Shown: positions 47,621 to 61,120, counted from the first letter of the stretch. The stretch: DNA of 64,000 bases from Takakia lepidozioides (GCA_030704615.1 CM060734.1:16244001-16308000), one strand, 5' to 3'. Notes: a model not told the origin generated them from the sequence alone. A program made the numbers and translations.

Positions 47621-50600
47621 CGGTGTTTTTGGAAGAGGAGACAAAGGATGCTTATGGGAATTTTCTGGAAAGTGTCGTCATTCTGCATGCAGATTTTGGA
47701 AAGGGCAAAGAGTGGCGGCTCCCAGCTTTTGAATCCATCCGGTATAGTGCAATTGGTGAAATCGTGCCTAAAGAGTTCCCACGCTGGAACTTGGTTGATC
47801 CTCCTTCCACAAGAGGGTCTGGCGTGCAAGATGTGAAGTTTGCCATGAGGGATGTGGGCACCTCTTCACAAGCAAAGAAGCCCAAACATGTGAAAAGGGA
47901 AATGGAGGATTTGCCGCTCCATAGCTCGTCGGTGGGTGCACTTTCCAGGGAAACAGTCATCCACAACTTATCCAGTGACGATGAAGACTGTATGGTCCTT
48001 CCATCGTATGTTTCGAAGTCGTCCGTCAGTAGGAGTGTGTAGATGTTGGCAGACAATGAGCGCACACCCTCAGACTCTACTTCCGTCCGCTCAGTAATCG
48101 ACATATTGCGGAGGATGAAGATAGCGGGTTCCCGCTCCAGTGACATTCTTAGGCTTGATTACGACAAAACTCCAATCCATTCTGTCAAAACTTTGCCTGA
48201 AGTTGTGGATGGGAATGCTATCTACGAGTTCCCTCCAGTGTTGCCGGGCGCAGGCCTAGATGGCATGCTGGCAAGAATGAACAGGAAACATGACGGCCAC
48301 CCATGGTGTGTAACCAAAACTTCATCGTCCAATCTGGGTGATGGAGTTCGAGTGAGATATGTATTGTGTGCTGGACATCTTAAATGTTTCTTGAGCACAT
48401 GTTACCACTACACAAGCAAAGGCACCCGGAATGAGACAGACTAGATTGGAAATTCGTCGACCCCATTTTGGCCTCAAGGTAGAGTTCATGCAGGGACTTT
48501 CAAGTGTGCCCATTGGAAAGTAGGCCCTATGTGCATGGCAGTGTGCAACGCCAAGCAGTACTACGTCGGGACCGTCGGCCCAACGTGCACCAGAGCATGC
48601 ATTCACATCGAAAAGCATGACCACCCCGTCGCCAGAGGCAATTGCAGAGTCGCTTTTCAACAAGCCCACAATATTATCAAGGAGGAGGTGAGGTTGAGGC
48701 CGGGAGCAAAACCAAAGCAGATACAGCTCGCATCCGCACATAGAATTGCAATAGGCAGAATAATGTCGGAGGACGGAAGCACAAGAGAGAAGTTGGGCGA
48801 GGGGGACATGAAGGAGCTGTTGGAAGCTGTCTCCCATGTGTGCAGCCCCAATGTCAGAAACCACATTGTCGGCTGCAAGAAACGAATTGGAAGAGGATCT
48901 GACATGCACTCCATCTTGGAAGTGAAGCGCACATGCGGCTACGACTTCATCCAGGGCAGCTTCTTTCCTGGTCAAGGCTCAGAGACGGACAGGTGCTTCA
49001 TATTTAAGATGTCAACGTGCGGACCAGGGAGCGGTGTTGATTTGGTGAAACAGATGACCACTGGAGACCTCTCAAATTGCTGGGTCATGTTCGACCACAT
49101 CAGGCAAATTACCAACCATGATTGGGTGACAATGGGGGCACATGTATACGACCCACATTGCAGAAAGTTGATGACCATTGCTATCTGCAAAATGAAAGGA
49201 GAAGACACAGATTCGGAGAGCGAAGTTGCCCCCTCCCGATTTTAGGGGCTTCATGGTTGACAATGCCCAGGCGAACTGGGCTGCAGTGAGAAGGGTATAT
49301 GGGGACGACCCAAAGACTCCAATGGAAGTAAGGAGAGATCTTGCAGGTTTCACTTCATGCGGAGTTTGATGCAAAACACGAAAAGGTTCGTGGTGTCACG
49401 CCACCGGCAAGATCATATCAGTATGCGCCTTGTGTGGAAAAATGCGAATTCCATCGACGAGGCGGAGACCGAGTTTGCAACCATACGCGCCTGGTGGGTG
49501 ACTTTAGGAGCAGTGGATGTGAAAGATTAGCCAGAACTGCAAACGTGGCTTGCGTGGTGGCACTGTAGATTCCGCCAGTTTGGAGACTACATGAGACAGG
49601 TAACACATTTCTGTACTTGACAATTGTTCTGTTTTGTGCTTGGACATTCTCCACAATGAGTGACATTTCTAATTTCCTTCAACAGGACATGAGCTTGGAG
49701 GATGACACAGATATGCCGACGACGAACATGGCCGAATCGGTGCACTCTTCCTGGCGTGCTTCCTCTACGGCACATCTCGTTGACATGTTGACAGCAACAA
49801 CAGAAGATATTGTGAGGGCCATCATGCAACAATCTGGTTACTACCAATTTTTGGGAGGAAAGCAATGGGGTATCGGACCAGACAGGCAGGAGATGCTGAT
49901 GAGGGCGACGCATCGTTCGACCGATCCCAAAAAATGGACTGCTGCATTGCGGGAAACAATAAGGTCAACGCCGTTATACAGTCGGGGGAATTGCCTGGAG
50001 GGCGATGTCCGCAGCCGGCCGGTGAAGAGAAGAATTGAGGACATGCCCGGAGGCGACGGCGATTCATGGAGATCAGATATGAACATCCGCACTCAACCTC
50101 GGGGCGCAACGATGTTGCGTCCCACGCCTGGTGAAAACTTCACACGTGGACGGACTGGCTCGGAAAGTGGGGACATTCTCTTGAGGAGGAGGGGAACATA
50201 CGGCCCATTGTGAAAATGTCCTTCTACAAAGGGGGCGCTATCGATAAACACGACATCCTCGTTAGTTTCAACCGGGCGACAAAAACCGCTGACATTTTGT
50301 TCAAATATCGGCACCCGGTCACTCAGGAGGTCCTTGAGAGGCCAGTTCGAGTTCCTTCTTCTTGGGCGAGGGGACCATAGGTCTTGCATGCTAGAGTAGA
50401 CATGTTTCGACTCGCGGACACTCATGGCACATACATTTTGTTTCAGAAATCAAGTAGCTTCCCTGTGCCATATGGGGAATATACATGCTTGGATAATCTT
50501 CTATTGAGGTTTTTTGCAATTCACTGCCAGTATGTTGGGACGTGTCCTTTGTCGTATGGATTGTTGTGTGCACAAGGTGCAGTATGCGAATGCTGGAATG

Positions 50601-52850
50601 TGCAGTAGGACCCTTTCCACTGGGACACAAAACTTGCAATCTTGTAAAGGCATCACATTTGCAGAACATTGTCAATGTATTGGTAGCAAATCGGAGTCTT
50701 CTCATAAAGGTGAACAAAAACGCCAGGATGGGCTGCGAAACCATAAAATGAATGAAGAGCAGTAACAAGGAAGCACTATGCAGTATACAGACCAATAACG
50801 GCGCTGAAATAGGCCACAATGCCCGTGTATCTCCACACAATGTATGCTTTCTTCGGATCCATTAATAGACATAACCAAAATAGAAAAAGCATGCCCATGC
50901 CATTTACGACCAAAAACCATATTCTCATGTATTGCGGCACCGAAATGCACCTGAAGCCATGGCGGTGCGGCACCACCAAGTGTATAATTCCTCAAAAAAA
51001 AAAAAAAGGTGCAAGAAGATGAATGTAATATAATTGCCACTTTCTCTTTCCCGAATGTGGAATGTCAAGCAGTCCGACCTGTATCCTGCCATAAGGCCTT
51101 GTGCAGCTCATTGAAGCTCAGTGTTGGAGCATGGATGAAGACGTCCACTGTGGATATGCAACTCATGCGCTTCAGAAAAATGTAATAAAGGTGTTTGCAG
51201 GGGACGTATGCTGCATTCTTCGATTCCATAACAAAGAAGTCATCACAGTTGCAGGCTGGGTACTGAGAAACCGTGATTGCATACACGACACTGCGTGCAG
51301 CAGACCCGGCTGTTGACAACTGAAATATGCGCCCCATCCCGGGGTGAGGAACATCCCTGCAACCTTGCACTATGCAGGGCATTGCAAGAGCGTTGGCCAT
51401 CCTGGTGTCGTTAGCCTTTGTTGGTGGCCGCCGTCTTTTCAGTTTCCCCCACCGATGGGTGGGCCAAGCTGCGGGGTCTCCCACCGGTATGCGGGGTGAA
51501 GAGCTTCTCATGGGAGGAGGATGACGACTAGGAATTGGATTTCGTGGAACGTCTGCACTCATTATACGTCCACTCGCAACAGTTCCAGTGATACAGCAAC
51601 GCTGTGCGTGATCTGTTCGGCTCCCAGTCAAGCAGAAAGTCCAGTTCCATGATGCGCAGGAACCACCTGCTCCCCAGCCGGGGTCCAGGAGAATCGTGCA
51701 ATCCTGGAAGAAACTCCATTGCTCTCAGCTGGACAAGACGAGGATTGTCCGTGTAAACATCTAGGAAGACAATGATGTCGTCTGCTTTCGGGACAATGAG
51801 TCCCGTCTGGCGTCGATACATGTGATTCGGGCACGACATGGCCTCACGACACAGCAAGAACACAGAGCAGGGAGGAGATGGGCACAGAAGAGAAGAGTGA
51901 AGAGCAAAATGAGGGCAAGGCCGGCGGAAGAGGGATATATCATTGCTGCACTGCCAATGTCGTATGCGACAGAACTTGAATTTTCTCCCACATGTGTGCT
52001 TTTATTAGACAAATCCGCACCAGTTTCAGGACAGTTTGCATGTGGCACTCGTCGGCCCTATCCTCAATTTCGGCGCCATTATTGGCAAAACTCTGTCGCC
52101 GTAAGCCGGGTATTTGCTCTTCGGAGCCCGATTTTGGCGCCGTTATTGGATGGACTGCGGAAGCTTTAGCCGGGAATTTGGTTTCCGGAGCCCAATTTCG
52201 GCGCCGTTATTGGTTGCACTCCGGAGGCTTCAGCCGGGTATTTGGTTTCCGGACCCCAATTTCGGCGCCGTTATTGGCTGCACTCCGGAGGCTTCAGCCG
52301 AGTATCTGGATTCTGGACCCCAATTTCGGCGCCGATATTGGCTGCACTCCGGAGGCTTCAGCCGAGTATTTGGTTGGCGGATTTTGGCAACGTTATTGGC
52401 TTCACTCCCGAGCCTTCAGCCGGCTATTTCTTTTCTTGTGCCCAATTACGGCGCCGTTATACCCAACCATCCTGCACTTCTTCAACAGTACTATCCACGG
52501 TTATAGGTCGCCATTGCGTTTTCGGAGTCTGCAAACTCGGATCCTAATTCTGCTTGCGCCCCTTCCTTTGGGGTAATTTCGGTGCCGTTATTGGCCAAAA
52601 TTCTGTTTTTCTATGACCTGGCCTGGCGGTCCATGAGCTTGGGCTCCAAGTCATGAGCGGATACTAGTACTTATGAGCGGAGTGCTTCCAGTATGAGCGC
52701 GGAAATCTTCGAAAACCTTATCTTCTTATACTACTTTCGATTATTTTATCGTTTTGGGCCCGAAAAAAACCTGCCGAAATTCGTAGTGTATTACTTGGCG
52801 GCTCATGGGTGAGCCATGCGTGCTCATGAGCTCATGGAATAGCAACCCCC
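47621..52850 (+). mobile_element. Second GCM/SWIM Mutator-like element (diverged), with internal inversion 50133-51661 and right terminus near 52850
   Basis: RKHDGHPWC..CAGHLKC..HDHP, FIFKMST, MFDH, FMVDNAQAN, C.FHF, TTNMAESVH. SWIM CNC..CKH at 51065..51661 (minus). Terminus ...AATAGCAACCCCC. Confidence 0.8.
52060..52600. repeat. ~60-bp tandem repeat (MULE subterminal)
   Basis: CCAATTTCGGCGCCGTTATTGGCTGCACTCCGGAGGCTTCAGCCG repeated about 7-8 times. Confidence 0.85.
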
Positions 52851-52854
52851 TTTA

Positions 52855-53815
52855 GGATGTGAGACTTCAAATTGTGAAGAAAAGGGGCTGTTACGCCATG
52901 CGAGTCCAAGTGGGGATATAGAGGTGGTGTATCCAGGGAGATCGGTATGAACGCTTATCTTCATTTGGCGGAGGATGAGAAGGGTGCGGGCGGTGGGGGA
53001 GTGAAGGCGGGATTGCGGGTGGATTGTAGGGAGGGAAAATAGTCCATTATATTTGATGGCAAGGTGTTTGAGTAACCCCTTGAAAATATGCCCCAAGGCG
53101 GCCCTGGGTCATTGAGGGCTTCTAGAAGTTGTGTGCCAAGCGTATGAGCGTATGAGATAATAAGGGGGGTGGAGCCTATGCCGTAGTTGTCTTGGGGGAG
53201 TTGGGTGAGAACGTTGGGTGTACTGGTGGGCAGGCCGCATATACGTTTTGTGAGTTGTATAATGTTTTGGTCTAGCTGTCTAATATCACGTAAGGAGAAA
53301 GGGGCTGCATGGAAGGCGTATTGGATTTGTGGGTGAAGGACTTTTTGTATGATAGCTAGTTTGGGCCGTATGGAGATAGGGGATTTGAGAAGGGCGGAGC
53401 TTCTATTTTGTAATCTGGAGATGGTTGATTGTTTTTGTATGTGCCAGGTGAGCGAGAGGACAAGTTGGATGCCGAGGTAGGTGTAGGGTTCGTCAGGTCC
53501 CAAAAATTGAAACGGTTTTTGTTGGCAGTGGATATGGAGCTTACAGTGGGAGGCTATCGTAGCTTTGGTGAATTTGCTACGATGTGTGGCGGCCGTGACT
53601 GCGCATTTGTGTAGACTTAATTCCATGCCGGACCATTGGTTAAAGCGGAAGAGTTTATCTACCTGTCGGTTGAGGTTTTGTGGCTTATGTGCGATAATGG
53701 TGAGGTCGTCTGCATAAGCGGCTGCAGAGATTTTGTTTGTGGAGGTTTTGTATTGGTACCCTAGATTGCCCCGGGCGAGCCATCGGAGCAATGGTTCAAG
53801 GAAAATGATGAAGAC
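52855..53815 (-). pseudogene. LINE reverse transcriptase fragment
   Basis: FIIFLEPLLRWL, AYADDL, LSLHKC, YTYLGI. Confidence 0.9.
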
Positions 53816-54589
53816 GCAGCTGGGCCACGGTTGCCTCCACGCTTAAGTAATTGAGTACCTAGCTTCTAGGCGCAGCACCCAGGCTCCTCCTGGGTTCCTC
53901 CCGGGCTGCTCACGGCTATGGGCCAGCTGCTATCAAGCAAATTTAGCCCGCCCAAACCCCAAAACAAAAAAATAACAACTCCCCCCTCCCCTAGGCCGCC
54001 ACGGCTTGCTTGGGGGGGGACAAATTAGTACATAACGGGCTTGATGGTGGCCTTAAATCCCAGCTCCAGCCTGCTGTCCTCTTTTCTAGAGCAGACTATA
54101 TTCCAAATTAGTAACAAATCACCAGACTCTTTCTTCAGTGACTTCAAATATAAGCTTCAAAAGCTCTCAATTCAAATGGACTTATGGGACCAACCCCTTG
54201 TCAATCATAGATTTGAAATAGTGGAACTCCACAATGCATGCTCCTCCTTTAGAGGGCCTAAATCAGATTTTCAACTTCAAACTTTTGCTTGGAGAAGAAA
54301 TGAATCAAAAAGATAAATGGTGAATGGTAAGATAGGGTCAACCTTCCAATGTGTGAGTGCTTGGGATGCTCTATCGATTCGTGTAATGGTACTCTACGCG
54401 GTCCACTCTTGGGTACTCGTCTCTAGGTCCATACCGGCCGTCCCTACTTGTCCTCAAGTTGCCTTCTTGTTAGAGGGCTGTCTGGGACTTAGACAGTTTT
54501 ATGGGGTTCTGTGGGGTACCCTTAATTTTTGCGCAGACTTACGGATGGTAGACTTAGACCAACATAGGCATTAGGGGTGGTAGACAGGC

Positions 54590-54830
54590 TTACACAATCA
54601 GTCACAGCTTGACACAACTTGTCACAGTCTGACACAGCCTTATACAGCTTGTCGCAGTCTGACACAGCCTTACACAGCTTGTCACAACTTGTCACAGCCT
54701 TACACAGCCTATCACAGTCTATCACAGCCCGACACAGCCCGACACAGCCCGACACAGTCAACCACAGTCCAACACAGCTTCACACAGCCAGTCACAGCAT
54801 TCACAGTTTGACACAGCCTGTCACAGCATT
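54590..54830. repeat. TCACAGCC/ACACAGCC 10-bp minisatellite within the element's 5' end (also at 8222-8450)
   Basis: Reverse complement of the GGCTGTG(A/T) motif. Confidence 0.8.
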
Positions 54831-55350
54831 TACAGGGAACGGTTACCATGGCAGGGAACGACTGTGTGGGAACGACATCTATAGAGGGAACGTACATTCT
54901 GTCTGGATGACAGTTAGTTAGTTAGGCGGTTAGAACAGCTTGCAGGTAGAATAGGCAGAGTAGCAACAAGGAGATGGCTTCTTGGATCACAACTTGGTCA
55001 TCGGGGGGAGAAAGACAATCTGGAGCTGAGGGATGGAGAGCGCAATGGAGGAGGAGACACGAATTGTTGATGCTTCATTCATGCAAGCTGTAGAGTTGTA
55101 CTGTAGAGCAGACTAGAGACACCATGGCTTCGGCCTGATACTTGATAGATATTAATCTCATACATATTTCATACTCACATTGTGTAGAGAGACATGAGTG
55201 AAGTTGTGGAATGATTGGATGAGTGATTGGAACCTGGTGGATTGCTGAAGAAATCTGATACTTAAACATAGACAGTAAGGTAACATGCTAATATGAAAGT
55301 GAGAAGGAATACAAATAGGAAGTACCCCCATGATACACTAGCTGTAGGTC

Positions 55351-56046
55351 ATGACTGATTGTTCTGAGCGGGCTGAGTGTTTAGAGATATCCAACTCTTC
55401 TATCTTGGAGTTTCCACCTTGGATAGCAAAGGGATGGGTGAGTAAAAGCCGCTCGACATTTGGCAACCATACTGGGGAACTGGGTCAAGAACAACCAGAT
55501 GTGACGGGCATCTGGTGGGATCATGGTGGTTGGAGAAACAAAGAATTTGATGTGAATCAAATTCCCCGTGGAACTGAGAAGGAAAGATTGTCCAAACAAT
55601 TCTTTAAGAGGTTCTTGGAATTGCCAGACGGTTGTAAAGAAAACATTCTTAAGAGAGTGCATGATGCTGATCCTGAGTGGGGTCTGGAGAAAGGAGTGAT
55701 AAAGATTTATCAAGTGGCCTGTAGGGGGAGAGCAAGTTGGTTACCAACACTGGTTTATGTGATAGCGTTGCTATCCATTAAACGAGTGGAGTTTGAAGGC
55801 TGGGAGGAACGTAAAGTGAATGTTTACACTCATATGCATGAAGAACTTGTACTGGTAAAGAATTGGATTCCTAAGGATATCCTGTGGATTAAACTTACAC
55901 CAAGGACAACTTTTCAGACGTGCTTGCCATATGGTTATATGGTAATGGAGACTTCTAGTATAGCCAAGGGTGCATTAAAGCTTGAAAGAAATCCAGGCAT
56001 ATATGAGAAATACTACAGAAGAGAGTTTTGGTTATTGCCTCATTAA
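55351..56046 (+). CDS. Extra ORF of unknown function upstream of gag (231 aa)
   Basis: Open ATG-TAA frame. Conserved in the 7016..7712 copy. Diverged homolog at 60715-61120. Confidence 0.75.
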   Translation: MTDCSERAECLEISNSSILEFPPWIAKGWVSKSRSTFGNHTGELGQEQPDVTGIWWDHGGWRNKEFDVNQIPRGTEKERLSKQFFKRFLELPDGCKENILKRVHDADPEWGLEKGVIKIYQVACRGRASWLPTLVYVIALLSIKRVEFEGWEERKVNVYTHMHEELVLVKNWIPKDILWIKLTPRTTFQTCLPYGYMVMETSSIAKGALKLERNPGIYEKYYRREFWLLPH

Positions 56047-59000
56047 AGATATGAAAGACATGGGACATGAGTGATGAAAGAGAAGCTAGACTCCACAGAT
56101 ATTCAGCGAAAAGAGAAAGTTATTTAAAAGCTAATTATCCATATCTTTGGGAGAGAGGAATAGACATAGGGGAATCATCTGGACCTCTCACACCATTAAG
56201 ACTAGAGAGTACATCACCCATACCGGAAGAACTAGAGTTGGGCGCCACTCCTTCTTATTCTTTACAAGAAAGATTAAGGGATTTGGTACAGGAAGAAGAT
56301 CAGCCACGAGGGGAGAGATCTGAGGTACATCCCTGGATTAAAGATTTGACAAAAATCTTTGATCAGAGTTGGCATGGGACACCAAAGGCAGGAACTCCAG
56401 TTTCTGAATCACAAGACAAAGAAGGAGAGGAAGATGTGGCAGAGCCAACGGAGAGTTCAGACTCTCCAACACCACTTCAGTTGAGTTATATGAGTGAGGA
56501 AGAGGAAATCCAAGAGAAGAACTTGGAAGATGAAAACAGAAAAAAGAATTTGGAAGATGAAGAGTATGAAGAAGTAGACCCAACAATTGAGGTTGAGACT
56601 ACAACCAGGACATCCCAACCTGTTGGACCTGGATCAAGTGGAGCACTTGGATCACAGGCCAACAAAGGTGTCGGCTCAGGGGGATCAGGCGGGCAGCTTG
56701 GATCTGGCTCTGGGGGGACAGGGAGTATAGGAAGTAGTGCAACTATAGCTAGGAATACTGTAAGTACAGAAGGGCCAGTAGCAGGGAGTGCTCAGGGGCC
56801 AACACTTGGTGGGAGTTCCACCACTACAACAGTAGGTCCTCAAGGACTAGCACCAACAGGAGGACCAGCACCTGTCAGTGGGCAAGGTGGAGGGCCACAG
56901 ATGGCGGTACCTCCAACACGGGCAAAACCACATTTTCCAATATATGCAGGAAAAGGGGATCCTGATGTACACATTAGCCAATTTGAGCACATGTGTATTG
57001 TGAACAATGAGAATGGTGATGATGCCAAGATGAGACTGTTTCTTTGTTCACTTATCAAGAAAGCAAGTGAATGGTATGCAAGATTTCCTAATAATCATTT
57101 CCTAACCTAAAATGGCCTTAGTACAACATTCCGGAACAGGTTCAGGACAAGCAAAACTGAGGATGAAGTGTATGGGAGTTTACAACAGTTAAGGCAAAAG
57201 AAGCATGAAACTGTTGAAGAGTACATGGAAAAGATGAAGTTAATGATGGAAAAACTGGCTGTTGTACCAGCACCAGGATTACAGAAGACCTGGTTTGTGA
57301 GTGGACTAAGACCTGAATTCCAAAGAAAGTGGATATGTTACCCCATAATACAGTGGAAGAGACATTCAAAACAGCCAACAGAATTGAGCAATTGGGAATG
57401 CTCAGGAGAGATAAAAGGGGTGATGAGGACTCTGAAGATGAGTCAGATGAGGAAGAAGAGCAAGAGCTCAAGAGGAAGAGTAAGAAGAAGAAAAAGTTGA
57501 AGAGGGACAACTATGAGAAAAGACTAGAAGAAATCTTGAAGAAGTATGCCACAAAGGCTGCAACACATTGGAGGAATGGTGTTTGGTGTGCAAAATGCCA
57601 GAATGAAGGCCATACCACAGCTGAATGCCACATGAAGGAGAAACACTGTACTATCTGTAAAATGGATAACCATTCTACTGAGAATTGTTATTACAACAAA
57701 AGGACAACTGCAAGAGAATCTAGGCAAGTGAGGGTGCATCAAGTGCAGCCCCAGCCAAGAAGAAACAATGAACATGACCATTATGGTAGGCCTGGTGGAT
57801 ATAACAATGGTGTGGCAGAAAGAGAGGGAATTGGCAATCCCAGAGGCAATTATCAGGATAATCCAAGGGGGAATTACCAGCCAGGGAATCAGGATTATAG
57901 AAATAATCCTAGAATAGACCAAGGGTGAGGACCCAATGGTGAAGAACTGTGTTATTATTGTAACCAGGCAGGACATCGCAAAGCCGCCTGTCCATTCTGG
58001 ATCAGACACCAAAATAATATGAGAGCTCCTGTGAACGAAGGCCCAGTAGTAGCAGCTTACATGGTTAGGCCATGTTTTGTACCAGAAGTAAGTACAATGA
58101 TAGTTACCAGAAGCAAAGCTAAACTAATACCTCCAGTGGATGAGGAAGAAGCTGTGAAGACGACAGCGATGTGCCTGAAGATGTTGAGGCTTGGAGAGAT
58201 GAGAAGGAACTGCACAAGGAAGTGGCTGATACTAGAAGGGAAATGCAGAAGGATACTGACATTCTTATAGCAGATTCTTCTGACTCTGAAAGAGAAGATG
58301 AAGAAAGTGAAGAGGAAGTGAAGCAAGAGGCTTCACAGGTGCAGGATAATGAAGGGACTTTGGCTGAAGTAATATGCCAGTCCAAAGCTGAGATTACCAT
58401 TGGACAACTATTGGCTGTGGCACCTCATTGTAGGTACAGGCTGTATCAAGCAATCAATCAGATTGCTCATGTGACAGAGAACACGACCCGGGCATCAAGG
58501 TGACAAGTTATAATGTGAAGCCTGAAGGGCGAGAAACAGTCATGGACTTTGATGATTCAATGCCAGTAATCCAATTGAGAATTGGAAGACTTGACTGATG
58601 TAGTGATAGATGGAGGCTTAGGAGTGAATATTATGATAAACCAATTAAGGCAGAAGCTTGGTCTAAGTAACATGAAACCAGCCCCATTCACGGTAACAAT
58701 GGCAGATCAACGGAGTGTACAGCCATTAGGCTTGATAAGAGGAGTTAAGATACAGATTCAGAAGATGATCTTTAAGATCACAGTGACTGTGTTGAAAATG
58801 GATGATGTTATGGAAGCTTACTCCTTATTGCTGGGATGACCATGGCTGAAACAGGCCAGGGTATTCCATGACTGGAATTCCCAGTTACTGACTGTGCATG
58901 ATGGGAAGCACAAGATACAGGTCACCACTAAGAAATCTAGTAGGCTACGTGCTACCAGAAGACCTCGGGGAGTCAGAGAGTATGATTGGAGGGGAGGACT

Positions 59001-60714
59001 TGATGAGGAGCAGGAAGCTACCCTGTTTGCTGCACACCCAGAGTGGGAGCAGGTTGCAGAAATGCAACTGGGAGGTCTGAGTTGCTTTAAGGGTATCTGC
59101 TATGGTGCAGTAACAACAACACCAATTGAGGGGGAAACAAGTAGTTATCCCACCACATTTCTATGAGGAAAGAGAGGGAGAAATAGAAATCCTAAAAGAA
59201 CCAGCCACTGTGAGTTTACAGGATGAAGTAGTGGCTGGGTGGACAATTACAGCTGAAGAGCAGGTGAGAGAAGTGAATGTGGGAACTAAGGAGGAACCAA
59301 GAATGGTGAAAGTAGGGGCTGACTTAGAGCCAGAATTCTTTGAGGAAGCTAAGAGCCTGTTTATCAAATACAAAGGTGTATTTGCTTGGAGCTATGAGGA
59401 TCTGAAAGGGATACCACCTGAGATCTGCCAGCATAAGATTGAACTGGAACCAGGGTCAGTACCAATTAAACAGGCAAGGTACAGGATGAATCCTAACTAT
59501 GCACAGAAGGTTGGGAAAGAGATCAAGAAGTTGGCTAAGGCTAAGTTCATATACCCGATAGAGTATACAACTTGGCTATCACCCATTGTGATAGTTCCCA
59601 AGAAGAATGGCAAATTGAGAGTTTGCGTGAACTATAAGAAATTGAATGCTTGTATAAAGAAAGATCCATTTCCTTTGCCATTCACAGAAGCTGTATTAGA
59701 CACTGTGGCAGGCCATGAGATGTACTCATTCATGGATAGCTTCAGTGGGTATAACCAAGTGCAAGTGGCAGAAGAAGACCAGGGAAAGACAGCTTTCATC
59801 ACAGACTGGGGTGCTTATACATACAAAGTCATGTCTTTTGGACTTTGTAATGCACCAGCAACTTTCCAGAGAGTAATAAGTGAATCTTTCCATGAGTATT
59901 TGGATGATTTAATGCAAGTGTTCTTAGATGACTTCAGTGTGTACAGCTCTAAGAATGAGCACTTGCAGAAGTTGGAATTATGTTTGGCCAGATGCAGGAT
60001 GAGAGGTCTTGATCTGAATCCAGAAAAATGTACTTTCTGTGTGAACTCAGGGGTACTACTGGGACACATTGTATGTAAGAAGGTACCGCTTGTGGATCAA
60101 AGACAGAGGCTATTAAAGCCTCACCACCACCAAGTAACGTTAAGGGTCTAAGGAGTTCATTGGACAAACTATTTATTATAGAAAGTTTGTCAGACGATAT
60201 GCACAGATGGCAGCCCCATTGAGCAAGCTTTCGAAGAAGGATGCAGTGTTTGCATGGACAGCTGAATGTCAGCAGGCATTTGAAGCACTTACATTGCCAG
60301 TAACAACTACACCTGTGCTGATTAACCCTCACTGGCATGTAGTATTTCATGTACACTGTGATGCCTCAGGAGAAGCATTGGGAGCTGTGTTAGCCCAAAA
60401 TGTCACATGAAACATAGATTCACCTATATACTATGCTAGCAGATTGTTGAACAGTGCTGAGAAGAACTATAACACAACTGAAAGAGAAGCTTTGGCAATG
60501 ATTTATGCAGTCAAGAAATTCAGGCATTACCTATTGGGAAAGAAGTTTATGTTTTATGTGGATCATCAAGCTTTGATTTATCTGGTGAACAAGCCTTTGA
60601 TAAGTGGCAGGATAACAAGATAGATGATAATCTTGCACGAGTTTGAATTCGAAGTTGTTTACAAGCCTGGCCGTTTGCATCTTGTGGCAGATCACTTGTC
60701 ACGGCTATCAATAG

Positions 60715-61120
60715 GAGACGATAAATGGGGATTAAAGGGAAGAGTGATCGACATTGCACGAGCACCTTGGGAAGAGCACCTTGGGAAACACAACGTGAGT
60801 GAAATTTGACTCTCTCGACTTGCTTTACTGGTTACGTTAGTACCAATCAGCAAAGTATGCTATACCATTTATGTTTTCAAGGAGGGTTGTTCAAATTATG
60901 AATACTGCCATACAATCATAGAGGAAGTAGAATACTGGATTCCCAAAGACTTGCTGCAAGTCAGGTATACAGAAAGGATAAGTGGTATTGTTGTGCCCAC
61001 TAGAAGGCTGGTGATCTAGTTACCCCAATTCCAGTGACAGCAGGCCACATGTGCTAAAAAGGCTTCAGGCGTATAGGGGCTAAAGCATATTATAGACGAT
61101 ACCCTCTAAGACTTCAGATC
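60715..61120 (+). pseudogene. Diverged homolog of the Gypsy extra ORF
   Basis: KWGLKGRVIDI..LVTLVPISKV..EEVEYWIPKDLL..YYRR versus EWGLEKGVIKI..VIALLSIKRV..KNWIPKDIL..YYRR. Confidence 0.6.

Larger units (their letters stand above)
54468..60712 (+). mobile_element. Non-chromovirus Ty3/Gypsy (Phygy/Athila-like RT) with extra 5' ORF, gag, PR, RT, RH; integrase missing
   Basis: Starts TGTTAGAGGG. Gag DPDVHISQF plus CCHC knuckles. PR VIDGG..VN. RT KDPFPLPF, FSGYNQ, FLDDFSV. RH CDAS, EREAL, VADHLSR. Stops and frameshifts. Confidence 0.9.

Noticed and set aside
47320-48042. 240-aa ORF as a PPR-transposase fusion gene
   Set aside because: It reads the PPR fragment out of frame and crosses a junction at about 47620 into the MULE; a chance chimera.
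53816-54030. Possible MITE or SINE between the LINE and the Gypsy
   Set aside because: Only a weak inverted repeat; no TSD or Pol III boxes found.
54468-55350. Defined LTR and PBS for the non-chromovirus Gypsy
   Set aside because: Only the TG start is fixed by the two copies. No 3' LTR or clear PBS is visible, so the LTR length cannot be set.
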